Sequence record: MT129652.1 | Length of the DNA stretch: 64,000 nucleotides | Origin: Escherichia phage MN01 | Direction: 5' to 3' (one strand) | Shown: positions 23,427 to 33,280 of the stretch, one piece after another | How the letters are laid out: the number at the start of each line of letters is the position of its first letter | Numbering within the stretch: position 1 is the first letter of the stretch | Position numbers and translations under genes: made by a program | Notes under the pieces: generated by a model | Database searches by the model: none | The model's input: only the letters and a program-made list of their open reading frames with translations | Told to the model about the DNA's origin: nothing

Positions 23427-24806
23427 ATGTCTGACGTTTTAAGTATGATGTCCAAACAGTTCAGTGATTCTATGGGGACCCTTAACCCACGCAGTTTAAA
23501 AGACATTATTGATGTGGAAGCATTGTCATATGCTATCTACACTGTGGAAGGTCGTGCCATCCCAAACATGATTGATGGTTTTAAACCAGTTCACAGATTT
23601 GTTATGGCGAGAGCATTAGACCTGGCTCGCGGTGATAAGAATAAATTCCATAAGGTTGCATCCATCGCAGGGGGCGTAGCTGATTATGGTTATCACCATG
23701 GCGAAGCATCAGCGGAAGAAGCAACTTCTGGTCTGGTCGCAACATATAAAAATGAATATCCTATGTTTGATGGGCAAGGTAACTTTGGTTCCAGAATGGT
23801 TCCAGAAGCATCATCAGCTCGTTATGTATTCGCAAGGGTTTCAAAGAACTTTTACAACCTGTTTAAGGATACAGAATATGCTCCGGTCCATCCTGATGAA
23901 GAACATAAGCCTCCTGCTTTTTATCTTCCTGTTATTCCTACTGTATTACTTAACGCCACTTCTGGGATTGCTGTTGGCTTTGCTACTGATATCCTTCCTC
24001 ATTCGTTCCAGGACGTCAAGGAAGCTGTTAAAGCTATCGTGGAAGGTCGTGAGCCGGTTGCTCCGAAAGTAAAATATCCAGAATTCCGTGGTAAAGTTGT
24101 TGAGCTGGAAGAGCCCGGTAAGTATGAACTTCATGGCACGTACAAAATGACCTCCAGGACTCAAATGGAAATTACTGAAATCCCAGTTCAATGGAACCTG
24201 GAAAAGTATACAAGTAAAATCCTGGACCCGCTGGAAGAGAAAGGTTTTATCACCTGGAAAGATAACTGCGGCGAGCATGGTTTTGGGTTTAAGATTAAAT
24301 TCCGCAAAGAATACAAGTTGGATGGCACTGAAGAAGAGAATCATGAGAAAATCATGAAAGACTTTGGTCTGATTGAGAAGCTCTCCCAGAACTTAACTGT
24401 GCTTAACCACAAAGGCAAATTGGCTGAATATACCAACACGCTTGACCTGATTCGCGATTTCGTTGATGTCCGTAAGACTTATGTTCAAGTGCGAATTGAC
24501 AGTAAGATTAAAGAAACTGAAGCGGCATTTAAACTGGCCCGGGCAAAAGTCTTCTTTATTAAAGAAGTGATTGATGGTAAGGTTGTTATCCAGGGGAAAC
24601 CTCGTAAGAAGTTGATTGAGGAGCTCCAGGCGAGTGAAATATATGGCGATTATGCAGAGAAGTTAGTGGCGATGAACATCTACCATATGACCTCTGATGA
24701 AGCTAAGAAGCTTGCGGATGAAGCTAAGGCTAAGAAAGCTGAGCATGAGTACTGGAAGACAACTGACGTTAAAACTGAATACCTTAATGATTTGGAGGCT
24801 CTATGA
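23427..24806 (+). CDS. 52: DNA topoisomerase II medium (GyrA-like, DNA-cleaving) subunit gp52
   Basis: 459 aa (T4 442 aa); N-terminal winged-helix/catalytic region DGFKPVHRF...ASIAGGVADYGYHHGEAS similar to T4 gp52. Confidence 0.9.
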   Translation: MSDVLSMMSKQFSDSMGTLNPRSLKDIIDVEALSYAIYTVEGRAIPNMIDGFKPVHRFVMARALDLARGDKNKFHKVASIAGGVADYGYHHGEASAEEATSGLVATYKNEYPMFDGQGNFGSRMVPEASSARYVFARVSKNFYNLFKDTEYAPVHPDEEHKPPAFYLPVIPTVLLNATSGIAVGFATDILPHSFQDVKEAVKAIVEGREPVAPKVKYPEFRGKVVELEEPGKYELHGTYKMTSRTQMEITEIPVQWNLEKYTSKILDPLEEKGFITWKDNCGEHGFGFKIKFRKEYKLDGTEEENHEKIMKDFGLIEKLSQNLTVLNHKGKLAEYTNTLDLIRDFVDVRKTYVQVRIDSKIKETEAAFKLARAKVFFIKEVIDGKVVIQGKPRKKLIEELQASEIYGDYAEKLVAMNIYHMTSDEAKKLADEAKAKKAEHEYWKTTDVKTEYLNDLEAL

Positions 24807-24897
24807 GTTTTGGAGTTGAGTTTGCATTGCTTTGTATTTTCGCGGCAATCGCAGGTGTGATTGTTGGTATGTTTATTGGTAATAAGATAGATAAAGA

Positions 24898-24925
24898 CTA
24901 GGACCCTTCGGGGTCCTTTTTTATT
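24898..24925 (+). terminator. rho-independent terminator (AGGACCC-TTCG-GGGTCCT + T-tract)
   Basis: UUCG tetraloop hairpin followed by TTTTTT. Confidence 0.6.
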
Positions 24926-24946
24926 TTAAAATATTTTAAAAAAGTA

Positions 24947-24976
24947 GTGTACATGACCCTTGACCTGATGCATAAT
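24947..24976 (+). promoter_or_regulatory. early-type promoter (GTGTACA -35, CATAAT -10)
   Basis: Cassette family member with CATACTGAGTTACAC leader. Confidence 0.55.
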
Positions 24977-25025
24977 GATTCCATACTGAGTTACACAATG
25001 AATCACAAAAACTTTGGAGAATAAA

Positions 25026-25241
25026 ATGTTTACTGCACAACAGAATGAAGGTCAAGAATACATTAACGCTAAATTCAAATCCAATAAAGAAGCTTGCTAT
25101 TACTACTTTGACATGTTCAAACTGGCGAATTCTAAAGAAGAACGTAAACAAGCGATTGATGTTATTGTTTCCACTTCCCATATGAAACGTACTGTGGTAC
25201 AATCATATGCATCAAATTACATGAAATCTATTAAGGGATAA
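25026..25241 (+). CDS. hypothetical protein (71 aa)
   Basis: ATG after CTTTGGAGAATAAA leader; internal start of track ORF 25014-25241. Confidence 0.4.
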   Translation: MFTAQQNEGQEYINAKFKSNKEACYYYFDMFKLANSKEERKQAIDVIVSTSHMKRTVVQSYASNYMKSIKG

Positions 25242-25243
25242 TT

Positions 25244-25852
25244 ATGAACAAGCTAAATTATATCGTTAAATGCTCCCAGAACGCTCTACATGAGACTGAT
25301 GTTAATGCTCTGGTGTTTGTATACAAAAACAACTTCGTGAGTCCAGAGGTTGTTTTAGGCCAGCAGAACACGTCAATTGATAGCGTACAGACATTGTTGA
25401 ATAACAACTATGTTGAAGCTTCTGGTGATGGTTTGATGATTACAGAAAAAGGTGTTGACCTTATTCTGGATGCAGCAGAACTGTGGGCGAATGAAAATAA
25501 TCCTGACCTTCTGGAAGTGAAGAAGACAAGAACAAAACGCGGTGTGACTGATGAAATGGAAGCGACTGCAGAATATATCAAAGAGCAATTGTTGTCTATT
25601 GGTATTGACTTTAAGAGCATTTCAGAAGACCGCAGCAATCTGATTGTGAAGTTCAAACGTGTCAAGACACTAAAACAGATTGATGTGCGTCGTGATGGTC
25701 AGATTCGTGTGCATGCGTATAATACTGAACAAAAGATAGTAAAACAGTTTACAGACGTGGGATTTAGCGTTAAAGTAGGTGGATTGAATACCTACATTGA
25801 CAATCATATGTCAACTGAAAACATTCAACATGTTATTAACATCTTAAAGTGA
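25244..25852 (+). CDS. motA: MotA, activator of middle-period transcription
   Basis: 202 aa (T4 211 aa); SGDGLMITEKGVDLILDAAELWANENNPDLL parallels T4 MotA SGDGLIITGEAQDIISNAATLYAQENAPELL. Confidence 0.8.
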   Translation: MNKLNYIVKCSQNALHETDVNALVFVYKNNFVSPEVVLGQQNTSIDSVQTLLNNNYVEASGDGLMITEKGVDLILDAAELWANENNPDLLEVKKTRTKRGVTDEMEATAEYIKEQLLSIGIDFKSISEDRSNLIVKFKRVKTLKQIDVRRDGQIRVHAYNTEQKIVKQFTDVGFSVKVGGLNTYIDNHMSTENIQHVINILK

Positions 25853-25862
25853 GGAAATTATT

Positions 25863-26039
25863 ATGAACATCTATCTGATTAAGTACTTAAAAGATGGTAA
25901 AGAACGTGATTACCAAATCCCCGCAAAAAATGAATATGATGCGTGCGTTCGCCTTGGTCAGATTCATGGCGATGACCGTGAATATCGCGATGATGTTGAA
26001 ATTGAAATCCAATCTGTAACTTTGAAAGTGAGAGGCTAA
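25863..26039 (+). CDS. small hypothetical protein (58 aa)
   Basis: Self-translated ORF with GAGGAAATTATT-ATG context; not in track. Confidence 0.3.
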   Translation: MNIYLIKYLKDGKERDYQIPAKNEYDACVRLGQIHGDDREYRDDVEIEIQSVTLKVRG

Positions 26040-26041
26040 TT

Positions 26042-26374
26042 ATGAATAAGCTGAATATTGTTAATGAATTGCGTGCTTGCGTAGAACCTACTCAAGAGGG
26101 TTGGGATGTTTGGTATCATGGCGCTTACCTTGGAACTATTGTCAAGGTCAAAGCTGGTCAGTATCTTATTCATCGTCAGGATGATGCAGTAGCTCCGTTT
26201 GGTGCACGCAAGAACTTCATGGCGGCGATTGGTGCCTTTGTCCCAGCAGCATATGAAGTATATAAAGCTGACTACAAAGAATACCAGGAATCACAACCAG
26301 TTATTCGCTCAATTGGTGTTAATAAAGCTCAACAGAAAAGTCTGTGGCAACGTGTTAAAGGTTGGTTCAAATGA
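26042..26374 (+). CDS. hypothetical protein (110 aa)
   Basis: ORF in track. Confidence 0.4.
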   Translation: MNKLNIVNELRACVEPTQEGWDVWYHGAYLGTIVKVKAGQYLIHRQDDAVAPFGARKNFMAAIGAFVPAAYEVYKADYKEYQESQPVIRSIGVNKAQQKSLWQRVKGWFK

Positions 26375-26859
26375 ATCCATTAAAAGGTAAAGAATTATCC
26401 TTTAAAGACCGTATGGCTTTATTAGATAAAGCTCTTTCTCGTGAAACTCCTGAAAGTCTCGCTGCTAAATTACAGGCATATGGTGATTACGCTGAATATA
26501 CAGAAGAGGATGTTTTAGAAGAAGTCCCGGAAATCTGTTGGCAGATTGCTCATTGGAATAACAATGAAAAATATCAGCGACGGATTGTATGCGCAGCCAA
26601 CCGCTTTAAGTTAAAAGATGGTGGGACTCTGGTTATTCCTGGTGCCAGACATTATTCAAAAGATATGGCAGAAGTGCTTGACCAGGTAAGTGATAAACTT
26701 GTGTCAGACCATGTTTGTGGTGACGACCAAGGGTTCATTGACCAATACAGCAATTACTGGACCCGTGAAGAAGCGATGATTATTGCGACTTATGCAAATC
26801 AGGTGCGTATTGAACGTGGTGGTAGTGAAAAAGAACTTTATTCAGAGGACCTTTATTAA
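26371..26859 (+). CDS. hypothetical protein (162 aa)
   Basis: ATG overlapping previous stop; blocks [15 protein letters not shown] and [10 protein letters not shown] suggest an enzyme, family not recognised. Confidence 0.45.
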   Translation: MNPLKGKELSFKDRMALLDKALSRETPESLAAKLQAYGDYAEYTEEDVLEEVPEICWQIAHWNNNEKYQRRIVCAANRFKLKDGGTLVIPGARHYSKDMAEVLDQVSDKLVSDHVCGDDQGFIDQYSNYWTREEAMIIATYANQVRIERGGSEKELYSEDLY

Positions 26860-27137
26860 TGAACCTTAAACAACTCCAGATTGATGCAATCGAAAACCAT
26901 ATCAATCATATCAAACGTCTGAACACCATGATGGAAGACAATTGGGGAACTTATGTTAACCAGCCGGCTTGGGATGCTTTAGACCATGAATATATAAAGG
27001 ATATTAGTGATAACACGTATAGAGTTAGAGAAGGTCTGAAACCCTTCCTGCGTGATATGTATATTGCAACTAATAAAGAAATTATCAGTTCTCTTGAATA
27101 TCAATTAAGGAAATTGCATGAACAACCTGGTAGCTAA
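26859..27137 (+). CDS. hypothetical protein (92 aa) in the slot of T4 arn
   Basis: Length equals T4 Arn as remembered (92 aa) and it lies between motA and asiA; sequence identity not established. Confidence 0.35.
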   Translation: MNLKQLQIDAIENHINHIKRLNTMMEDNWGTYVNQPAWDALDHEYIKDISDNTYRVREGLKPFLRDMYIATNKEIISSLEYQLRKLHEQPGS

Positions 27138-27370
27138 GCACGATTTCAATAAGGCGTCTGTCCATAAGGATAAGAAGAAAACTGAAATGCAGTCCAAACG
27201 TAAGCAGAAGCACAAGGGGAATCATTATGAGTCATAACTTAGAGAACACCATTACTGGCCAGCGTACACGCGAACAGTCTTGCTTTGAGGAATTCCTTGG
27301 AGCAGATTTTAAGTTCCAGGAACCAGTTGAACAGATGTATCAGGAATATGTTGTACAGATGGAAAATCAT

Positions 27371-27400
27371 GTGTACAACCCAGAGGAATAATAGTATAAT
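27371..27400 (+). promoter_or_regulatory. early-type promoter (GTGTACA -35, TATAAT -10) upstream of asiA
   Basis: Cassette -35/-10 with 17-nt spacer. Confidence 0.5.
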
Positions 27401-27449
27401 ATCCTTACTGAATAATTGAATGTCTTATTGAATACTTGAGTAAATTAAA

Positions 27450-27725
27450 ATGACTAAATTTGAAATCGTTTCTGAAATTGTTACTGTAACTTCAATTTTG
27501 ATTAAAACCGACCGGGAAGATATTACGATGAAGCGTGATGTATTTATCGCGTTTTTGAATGAGTTGGGATTGAGAAATGAGAATGGGAATGAGTTAAACA
27601 ATGTATCGTTTAACAAGTTGTTTAAAAGTTTATCTGAAGATGAAATTGAACAAATTATTGAACAATTTAACGAAGGATTCGAAGATATACACCGTTATCT
27701 TATGATGTATACCTCCGGATTCTAA
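27450..27725 (+). CDS. asiA: AsiA anti-sigma-70 factor
   Basis: 91 aa; VTVTSILIK, FIAFLNELG and EQFNEGFEDIHRYLMMYT align with T4 AsiA as remembered. Confidence 0.85.
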   Translation: MTKFEIVSEIVTVTSILIKTDREDITMKRDVFIAFLNELGLRNENGNELNNVSFNKLFKSLSEDEIEQIIEQFNEGFEDIHRYLMMYTSGF

Positions 27726-28375
27726 CGTGTACGCCCAAGCGTACGACCTGCTTGTCCACACATAGCAGAAAGCCTATCAAAACCAAGGTTAGGTTTTTGC
27801 TTATACCAGTACAGTGAGACTGTGCCTGCATAAACGTTTTCCAAATTAAAGAACGGGCAGCTGAACATATATGCGAAGCTGCTTTTTTTCTTTGTTGGTA
27901 AGAATACAGATTCCGTACTGGATTCAAAATAATTACCATTAACCCCCGCCAAATATTCCGCCGAAGTTTTATCTATTGGAAACCCACCTAAATTTTTTTC
28001 GTCGACTGTATCAGGCAATATCCCCTCGTATCCCACCATATCCACAAAGTAGTTAAGGTTAGTTGGTCTAAAAGAATATATTGCTGTAAAGTCTGCCCCA
28101 CTTGACGAGTGGACTATCTGGATTTGCTCGATAGCTGCAATTTTAAATCTGTTATCCTGGTCTTGCCTTATCATTTCAGTGTATGAGGCATATGAAGCAT
28201 CCCTGTACGCATCTAAAAGTGCATCACCTTTATACCAGATTACCGCCATTAAAAATAATAGAACAATAACTAGTACCCGGGAAAAAACAACTTTCCCGGT
28301 CGCATTATCTTTAAAAATTCTATCAAGAAGTCCAAAAAGTAGGTCGGGTATTGATATTCCTACTTTTGGTTCCAT
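27722..28375 (-). CDS. t: holin T
   Basis: 217 aa (T4 218 aa); single N-terminal transmembrane segment with large C-terminal domain; late promoter upstream on the minus strand. Confidence 0.85.
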   Translation of the reverse strand: MEPKVGISIPDLLFGLLDRIFKDNATGKVVFSRVLVIVLLFLMAVIWYKGDALLDAYRDASYASYTEMIRQDQDNRFKIAAIEQIQIVHSSSGADFTAIYSFRPTNLNYFVDMVGYEGILPDTVDEKNLGGFPIDKTSAEYLAGVNGNYFESSTESVFLPTKKKSSFAYMFSCPFFNLENVYAGTVSLYWYKQKPNLGFDRLSAMCGQAGRTLGRTR

Positions 28376-28392
28376 ACTTTTCTCCTTTAAAG

Positions 28393-28400
28393 ATATTTAT
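28393..28400 (-). promoter_or_regulatory. late promoter motif (TATAAATA on minus strand) for t
   Basis: TATTTATA on plus strand, 18 nt upstream of the t start codon. Confidence 0.55.
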
Positions 28401-28412
28401 AGCGCTTATGTA

Positions 28413-29195
28413 CTATAGCCAGGAGCCGTAGATAGTGCCTGTAGCGCCCCATGAAGGAGAACTTCCGAATACAGCTCGTCCAGCTCCGCCTTGTGAGCCG
28501 TATGTAACGCTTCGTCCGTAAGCACCGCCACCAGCCCCGCCCGCATCGCCACCATTACCACCACCCCACTGTCCGCCAAAGCTACCACCGCCACCTGGGC
28601 CTGTATAACTAGCGTTGCCACCTGGGTTTACGGCACCATTAGTACCACCTAATCCATATGGTCTACCGCCACCGCCACCGGCAGTACCAGCTTCAAGCCA
28701 AGAGTTATTTGAAGCGCATCCGGCACCACCGCCACCACCTGAAGCTATAACGCCATAGTTCCAGATACGGAGTCTGCCTCCAATGTCGTTTTGAATTACA
28801 TCACCGCCATTTGTACCTGCTATCCAAACACGGGTCCCACCATTACCACCGCGTCCCCACATATGAACCCCACCATGAATATTCAAAGTAACATATTCAT
28901 TAGGAGTATCACCGTACATAAAGAACAATGGAACATCTTTAGTATAAGATACTAAATCACCTGTGATATTAAACACAATAGGGGCAGCACCGGCTTCAAA
29001 ACAACGGTCTCTAAACCATTGCCCGTTAAAGTTATGGTCGGCTCCAAGCGTGTGAATTACTTCAACAGATCGACCTATCATATTACTCATCCAAAATGGA
29101 ACACCCATTCTTAATCTTACGGCTGCTCCTGCCATCCAAGGGTCTCCAGTTTGTACCCTTGCAGACCATCCTACCCACGGTCCTTCAACTGCCAT
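28413..29195 (-). CDS. 38: long-tail-fibre tip adhesin gp38 (T2 type, glycine-rich motifs)
   Basis: N-terminal domain close to T2 gp38 as remembered ([50 protein letters not shown]); C-terminal half has poly-Gly motifs separated by variable segments; start set at MAVEGPW with GGAGG SD. Confidence 0.85.
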   Translation of the reverse strand: MAVEGPWVGWSARVQTGDPWMAGAAVRLRMGVPFWMSNMIGRSVEVIHTLGADHNFNGQWFRDRCFEAGAAPIVFNITGDLVSYTKDVPLFFMYGDTPNEYVTLNIHGGVHMWGRGGNGGTRVWIAGTNGGDVIQNDIGGRLRIWNYGVIASGGGGGAGCASNNSWLEAGTAGGGGGRPYGLGGTNGAVNPGGNASYTGPGGGGSFGGQWGGGNGGDAGGAGGGAYGRSVTYGSQGGAGRAVFGSSPSWGATGTIYGSWL

Positions 29196-29207
29196 ATAAA
29201 CCTCCAA

Positions 29208-29221
29208 GGGGCCGAAGCCCC
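29208..29221 (-). other. stem-loop (GGGGC-UUCG-GCCCC) in the 37-38 intergenic spacer
   Basis: Perfect 5-bp stem with UUCG tetraloop on the minus-strand transcript, just upstream of the gp38 SD. Confidence 0.5.
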
Positions 29222-29226
29222 TCTTA

Positions 29227-32200
29227 TTATTTTAACAATGATTTAACTAAAGATTTAAGTTCTTCAATCTCTGATTTCAATTCTGCTATTTCAGCAGTAT
29301 GCTCATTGATTGCAGCTGTATTTAAACCAATTACACCGTTATAGTTCAAACGAAGTAAAGCTTCACCATCAGGGTCACCTTCAACCAATTCAGGTAAAAT
29401 AGCTTGAACTTCTTGGGCAATTAAACCAGCATTAGGTTCCCATTTCTGATTACCTTCCTCATCTAGGCCTCGCTTCTGCATATAAGTGTAACCGTTAATT
29501 TTAGAAAGCTTCTGAGAAGCATTTTCAAATTTAACAAGGTCCTTTTTAACACGAATATCAGAGCGGACATAAACATCTCGAACATATGTAGAATAGGCAT
29601 CACTTTGTTGGACTAAATGACCGAAAGAAATAATAGCTCGTCCTGTTTCGGTCCACAAAGCACCGGTGGTATCCCAAAGACCTTCATGGATATGGTAAGA
29701 GCTAGACCATGAAGCAATATGAACACCATTGGCAACCATATTGATTCGGCCGTCACCACCATGAACTAATCCGGTATCATTATCACCAATAACAAGACAC
29801 GGGCCTGTCCATACAGGGTCACCACCACCAGCTGATAATCTTGCTCCAGTTTGAACCATGTTAGGAACATACAAAACTCCGTTATGATGGAATTCATATA
29901 TAGCTTGTGGGTCGGAACCGTTTTCCTGGTTACCTACACGAATAATACCTTGCGCCCAGTTATTAGTAATGCGTCGCATACCAAAATCAACACCTGATAT
30001 GAATCCTTCACCAGTAATACCTGATTTTCCTTTGATAATAGGATAATAACTATCATTACCAACATTACCAAAATCCACAAATACCGGTGCTTCTTGCTTC
30101 CATTGATTACCAAAACCACCACCTTGGTGAGCCGTCCAGACAGAGCCATTAATAAAAAGCCGGTCCCTATTAAAATTAAAAGTGGCTGAACCTTGTGGGT
30201 TTAAAGCAATATCACCACCTGCATTAATATTAACACCCGAATTAGTTTGAAAACTATAAAATGATATAGCATTATCAGCACCACCGTTACCTACATACCA
30301 GTTATCAATACCAGCTTTTTGTCCTTTCAAATAACCAGATTCGGTTGCAGCACTGTTAATAACAATAGCATCCGAGTTTACATTCAGAGTTAAACGGCCG
30401 GTCATTGTATCGCCGCCTTTACCAACACGAGTATTCACCGCCGCGTCAAGGTTAGTAGCACCGCTATACTTGTTCCAAATAGAACCTGCAATATTACCAT
30501 CAGTATTCATGAAAGCTGTACCGGCATATAAGCGGTTCTGAGCCATGAAGTTACCTTCTTTGGTAAAGCGCCAATATTTTAATCCTGTAGCATCACCATC
30601 ACCAAGCAAATCACCTTGAGCAACAATTCGGTATTCGCTCGTAGCTCGGTCCATACCTTGAGTAACGGTTATATTCGAATCGATATTTTTCTGCTTAGTA
30701 ATAGGATAAAATGCTTGAGTTGCAGCATCGAGCGTTTGATACACCAGAGCTTTAGTCGTGTTCTGGTTGGCATAAGATGCACCGTTACTATTAGGGAATT
30801 CCAATGCACCATTACCCCTAAAATAAACCTGGTCTGCTTCTAAGTTAGGGATTTTAACACGACCAGTGTCTAACATAATACTTAATGGGCGTAATGGGCC
30901 TAATCCGCCACTTTCGCCGGCATTAACATTGGTCGGGATAATATGCAGCTGGTCTTCCGAATTTCGAAAAATAACACCGTACTTGTCGTTCCAAATACGA
31001 AGTCCACTAGCAGCGCGAACTTTAATTTCATTGGAAACATACAGATTGCGTTTTAAGGATGTATCTTGATTGACAGTCAATCCTTCAATTACATTCATGG
31101 TACCATTTAAATAGGATTCGACTTTACCTGCTGTAGTTCGTTGAATATAATGCATCCAGCCGGTAGCATCAGATGTTTCCATTACGTTTTTACGGTCGCC
31201 ATCGACACTAGTAAAGGTATTACCCCAAACGCTGATAGTCATATTATCAACTGAACTACTTCCTGTTGTATTTCCTTTAAAAAGCACTGTCGAAGCAGTA
31301 CTGAGACCATCAATATTAACCGAACCACCACGGACTTCAACGTTACCAGGAGTAACCAACAACCCACCATCGGTGTTAACGTTTGTTACACCTTTGCCAC
31401 GAAAATAATGGTGATATTTGCCGCTTTGGTGATAACCTAAAAGAGTTTGACCGTCGCCGAAGCCGTTTTTATCATTAGTAGTATTAACAATAACTAATGG
31501 ATAGTTTTGAGTTGTAGGAAGAATTAAATCAGAACCGTTGGTTGAATAACCCGCAACTAACTGTTTAAGGCTTGTAACTTCAGTTGGAGTTGTAAGTAAA
31601 GTATAAGCTCCATTATTAACTGTATGGAACTGGCCATCTTGCTTCCATTTCAAACCTGTGTTATTGTCGCCAAGTGCGATAGCAGACGGACCTAATGTTG
31701 AGTATCCTGAGCTATCCCCAGGTAGGCCAACGGAAAGAGAATTTGATGTTTTGACATCGCCATCTGCATTAAATGACCAAAGATACTTAGCTGTTCCGGC
31801 TGTAGAAATAGAATGCCATGAAATACCATTTACATTATTAAGTTCACGATACCTAATTCCATCGACAGCGTGTCTACTTATTCTAAGATAGTTAATAGCT
31901 GTTGCGCTTGAACTTGCAGGATTATTATTTGCTAATGAAGATATATCATAATCAAGAGCTGATTTATTACCAGTATCAACGGTATTAGTATAAATTACTG
32001 GAGATTTCACCGATGTTCCGCTGGAAATAGACGGAGCATAAAATAAACCGTCACCGTTGAATGCAAAAATATTAGATGTTGAATTAGTATAATCCTGGAC
32101 ACGAACGTTCAAGATTTGCTTGGTAGTTCCTGGGCGTGATTGTGAATAAATTATGCCTCTTTCACGTGCATCAGCCAAATCCTGGAATCGAACGTGGGTG

Positions 32201-32553
32201 GTTCCTGTACCCCGTACAAGAACTTCACCGTTATCTGTCATTAGGCGAGATTTTGCTGTGATATCACCATTTGCTGTTACACTTCCGGATGTCGCATAAC
32301 TACCTGTTTGGGTAAAAGTACCATTCAGGGCATAATCACCGGTCTGATTGTAATTTCCTTTATGAATAACATTACCATCGATATTACCACCTTTAGCAAA
32401 GCCAAGGTCGATAATAGCTCCAGTGTCGTCTTTAGTAAAAAGTAAGCGGTCTTTCAGGTTGATAGCCAGTTCACCTTCAGCAAGAACTGTTGGCGCCGGA
32501 CGAACGCCGGCAACCTTACTTCTTTTAAATTGTATTTGTTTTAAAGTAGCCAT
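29227..32553 (-). CDS. 37: long tail fibre distal subunit gp37 with C-terminal intramolecular-chaperone-like domain
   Basis: 1108 aa; N-terminal 60 aa nearly identical to T4 gp37 as remembered; C-terminal about 110 aa ([15 protein letters not shown]...coiled coil) resembles tail-spike auto-processing chaperone domains. Confidence 0.9.
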   Translation of the reverse strand: MATLKQIQFKRSKVAGVRPAPTVLAEGELAINLKDRLLFTKDDTGAIIDLGFAKGGNIDGNVIHKGNYNQTGDYALNGTFTQTGSYATSGSVTANGDITAKSRLMTDNGEVLVRGTGTTHVRFQDLADARERGIIYSQSRPGTTKQILNVRVQDYTNSTSNIFAFNGDGLFYAPSISSGTSVKSPVIYTNTVDTGNKSALDYDISSLANNNPASSSATAINYLRISRHAVDGIRYRELNNVNGISWHSISTAGTAKYLWSFNADGDVKTSNSLSVGLPGDSSGYSTLGPSAIALGDNNTGLKWKQDGQFHTVNNGAYTLLTTPTEVTSLKQLVAGYSTNGSDLILPTTQNYPLVIVNTTNDKNGFGDGQTLLGYHQSGKYHHYFRGKGVTNVNTDGGLLVTPGNVEVRGGSVNIDGLSTASTVLFKGNTTGSSSVDNMTISVWGNTFTSVDGDRKNVMETSDATGWMHYIQRTTAGKVESYLNGTMNVIEGLTVNQDTSLKRNLYVSNEIKVRAASGLRIWNDKYGVIFRNSEDQLHIIPTNVNAGESGGLGPLRPLSIMLDTGRVKIPNLEADQVYFRGNGALEFPNSNGASYANQNTTKALVYQTLDAATQAFYPITKQKNIDSNITVTQGMDRATSEYRIVAQGDLLGDGDATGLKYWRFTKEGNFMAQNRLYAGTAFMNTDGNIAGSIWNKYSGATNLDAAVNTRVGKGGDTMTGRLTLNVNSDAIVINSAATESGYLKGQKAGIDNWYVGNGGADNAISFYSFQTNSGVNINAGGDIALNPQGSATFNFNRDRLFINGSVWTAHQGGGFGNQWKQEAPVFVDFGNVGNDSYYPIIKGKSGITGEGFISGVDFGMRRITNNWAQGIIRVGNQENGSDPQAIYEFHHNGVLYVPNMVQTGARLSAGGGDPVWTGPCLVIGDNDTGLVHGGDGRINMVANGVHIASWSSSYHIHEGLWDTTGALWTETGRAIISFGHLVQQSDAYSTYVRDVYVRSDIRVKKDLVKFENASQKLSKINGYTYMQKRGLDEEGNQKWEPNAGLIAQEVQAILPELVEGDPDGEALLRLNYNGVIGLNTAAINEHTAEIAELKSEIEELKSLVKSLLK

Positions 32554-32561
32554 AATGCCTC

Positions 32562-33209
32562 TTAATAATATCCAAAATCTTGTACGGAGTCTTTAAGAAC
32601 GATTTGGTCAAAACGAGGCACATGGGCCGGGTCTGATGCTGGGTTCCTAGAGAAGAAATTAGGTGCTGACAAGTTACCTGTCATTGTTTGCAATGTACTA
32701 TTATTTAGTTCCACTTGTTGTTGGTTGGTTACATTACCAAGACCGACTTGAGCTTTTGATGGAGTGTTCCCTGGAGAAAATACACGACCTGTTTCATCAT
32801 AAATGTGACGAGCTAACGTATCACCCATAACAGTAAGACGTTTTGCTCCTGTCGTAGTGTCAGGGTCAAAAATAACAAATGGTGTTCCTGTTTCAGTCTC
32901 AAATCCAAACGGTCCTTTAATACGGAAAGATGCTGTAAATGGTGCTCCACCTGTTCTCGCTCCCAACTTAATCCCGTAACCATTTGAATCGTTAAATGTC
33001 AGGCCTTGTTCGAAATACACATTTGCTTTATAATTACCACCCAGAGCTTTAGAAACAAAATCGTTATCGACTGCTTGTGGCTTGTTATATTCGGAATAAA
33101 TTTTATAAGTTTTGAAATATAAGTCATTGCTGACTGGTGTTAATGGGAAATTACCCTGGTGCCAGAGGACCGAACCTCCGGCTGTTGAGCCTAGTTTTAA
33201 ATCTGCCAT
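32562..33209 (-). CDS. 36: long tail fibre hinge subunit gp36
   Basis: 215 aa (T4 221 aa); between gp35 and gp37 as in T4. Confidence 0.8.
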   Translation of the reverse strand: MADLKLGSTAGGSVLWHQGNFPLTPVSNDLYFKTYKIYSEYNKPQAVDNDFVSKALGGNYKANVYFEQGLTFNDSNGYGIKLGARTGGAPFTASFRIKGPFGFETETGTPFVIFDPDTTTGAKRLTVMGDTLARHIYDETGRVFSPGNTPSKAQVGLGNVTNQQQVELNNSTLQTMTGNLSAPNFFSRNPASDPAHVPRFDQIVLKDSVQDFGYY

Positions 33210-33244
33210 TTATAAGTCCTCTTCAACCGGCATATGATATTTTG

Positions 33245-33252
33245 TATTTATA
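33245..33252 (-). promoter_or_regulatory. late promoter motif for gene 36
   Basis: TATTTATA on plus strand, upstream of the gp36 start on the minus strand. Confidence 0.5.
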
Positions 33253-33258
33253 ACGAAA

Positions 33259-33280
33259 AAAGGACTCCGAAGAGTCCTAT
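33259..33280 (-). terminator. probable terminator after gene 35
   Basis: Hairpin AGGACTC-UUCG-GAGUCCU followed by a U-tract on the minus-strand transcript. Confidence 0.45.

Noticed and set aside
28413-28800. Glycine-rich stretch as collagen-like or low-complexity artefact
   Set aside because: The N-terminal domain matches T2-type gp38 and Gly-rich motifs interspersed with variable segments are the hallmark of that adhesin family.
29934-30149. Small minus-strand ORFs in alternative frames inside gp37/gp34 (e.g. 29934-30149, 37844-38221, 37307-37588) and plus-strand ORFs antisense to the tail-fibre genes (e.g. 34999-35322, 35359-35718)
   Set aside because: They overlap long, homology-supported tail-fibre genes; no independent evidence.
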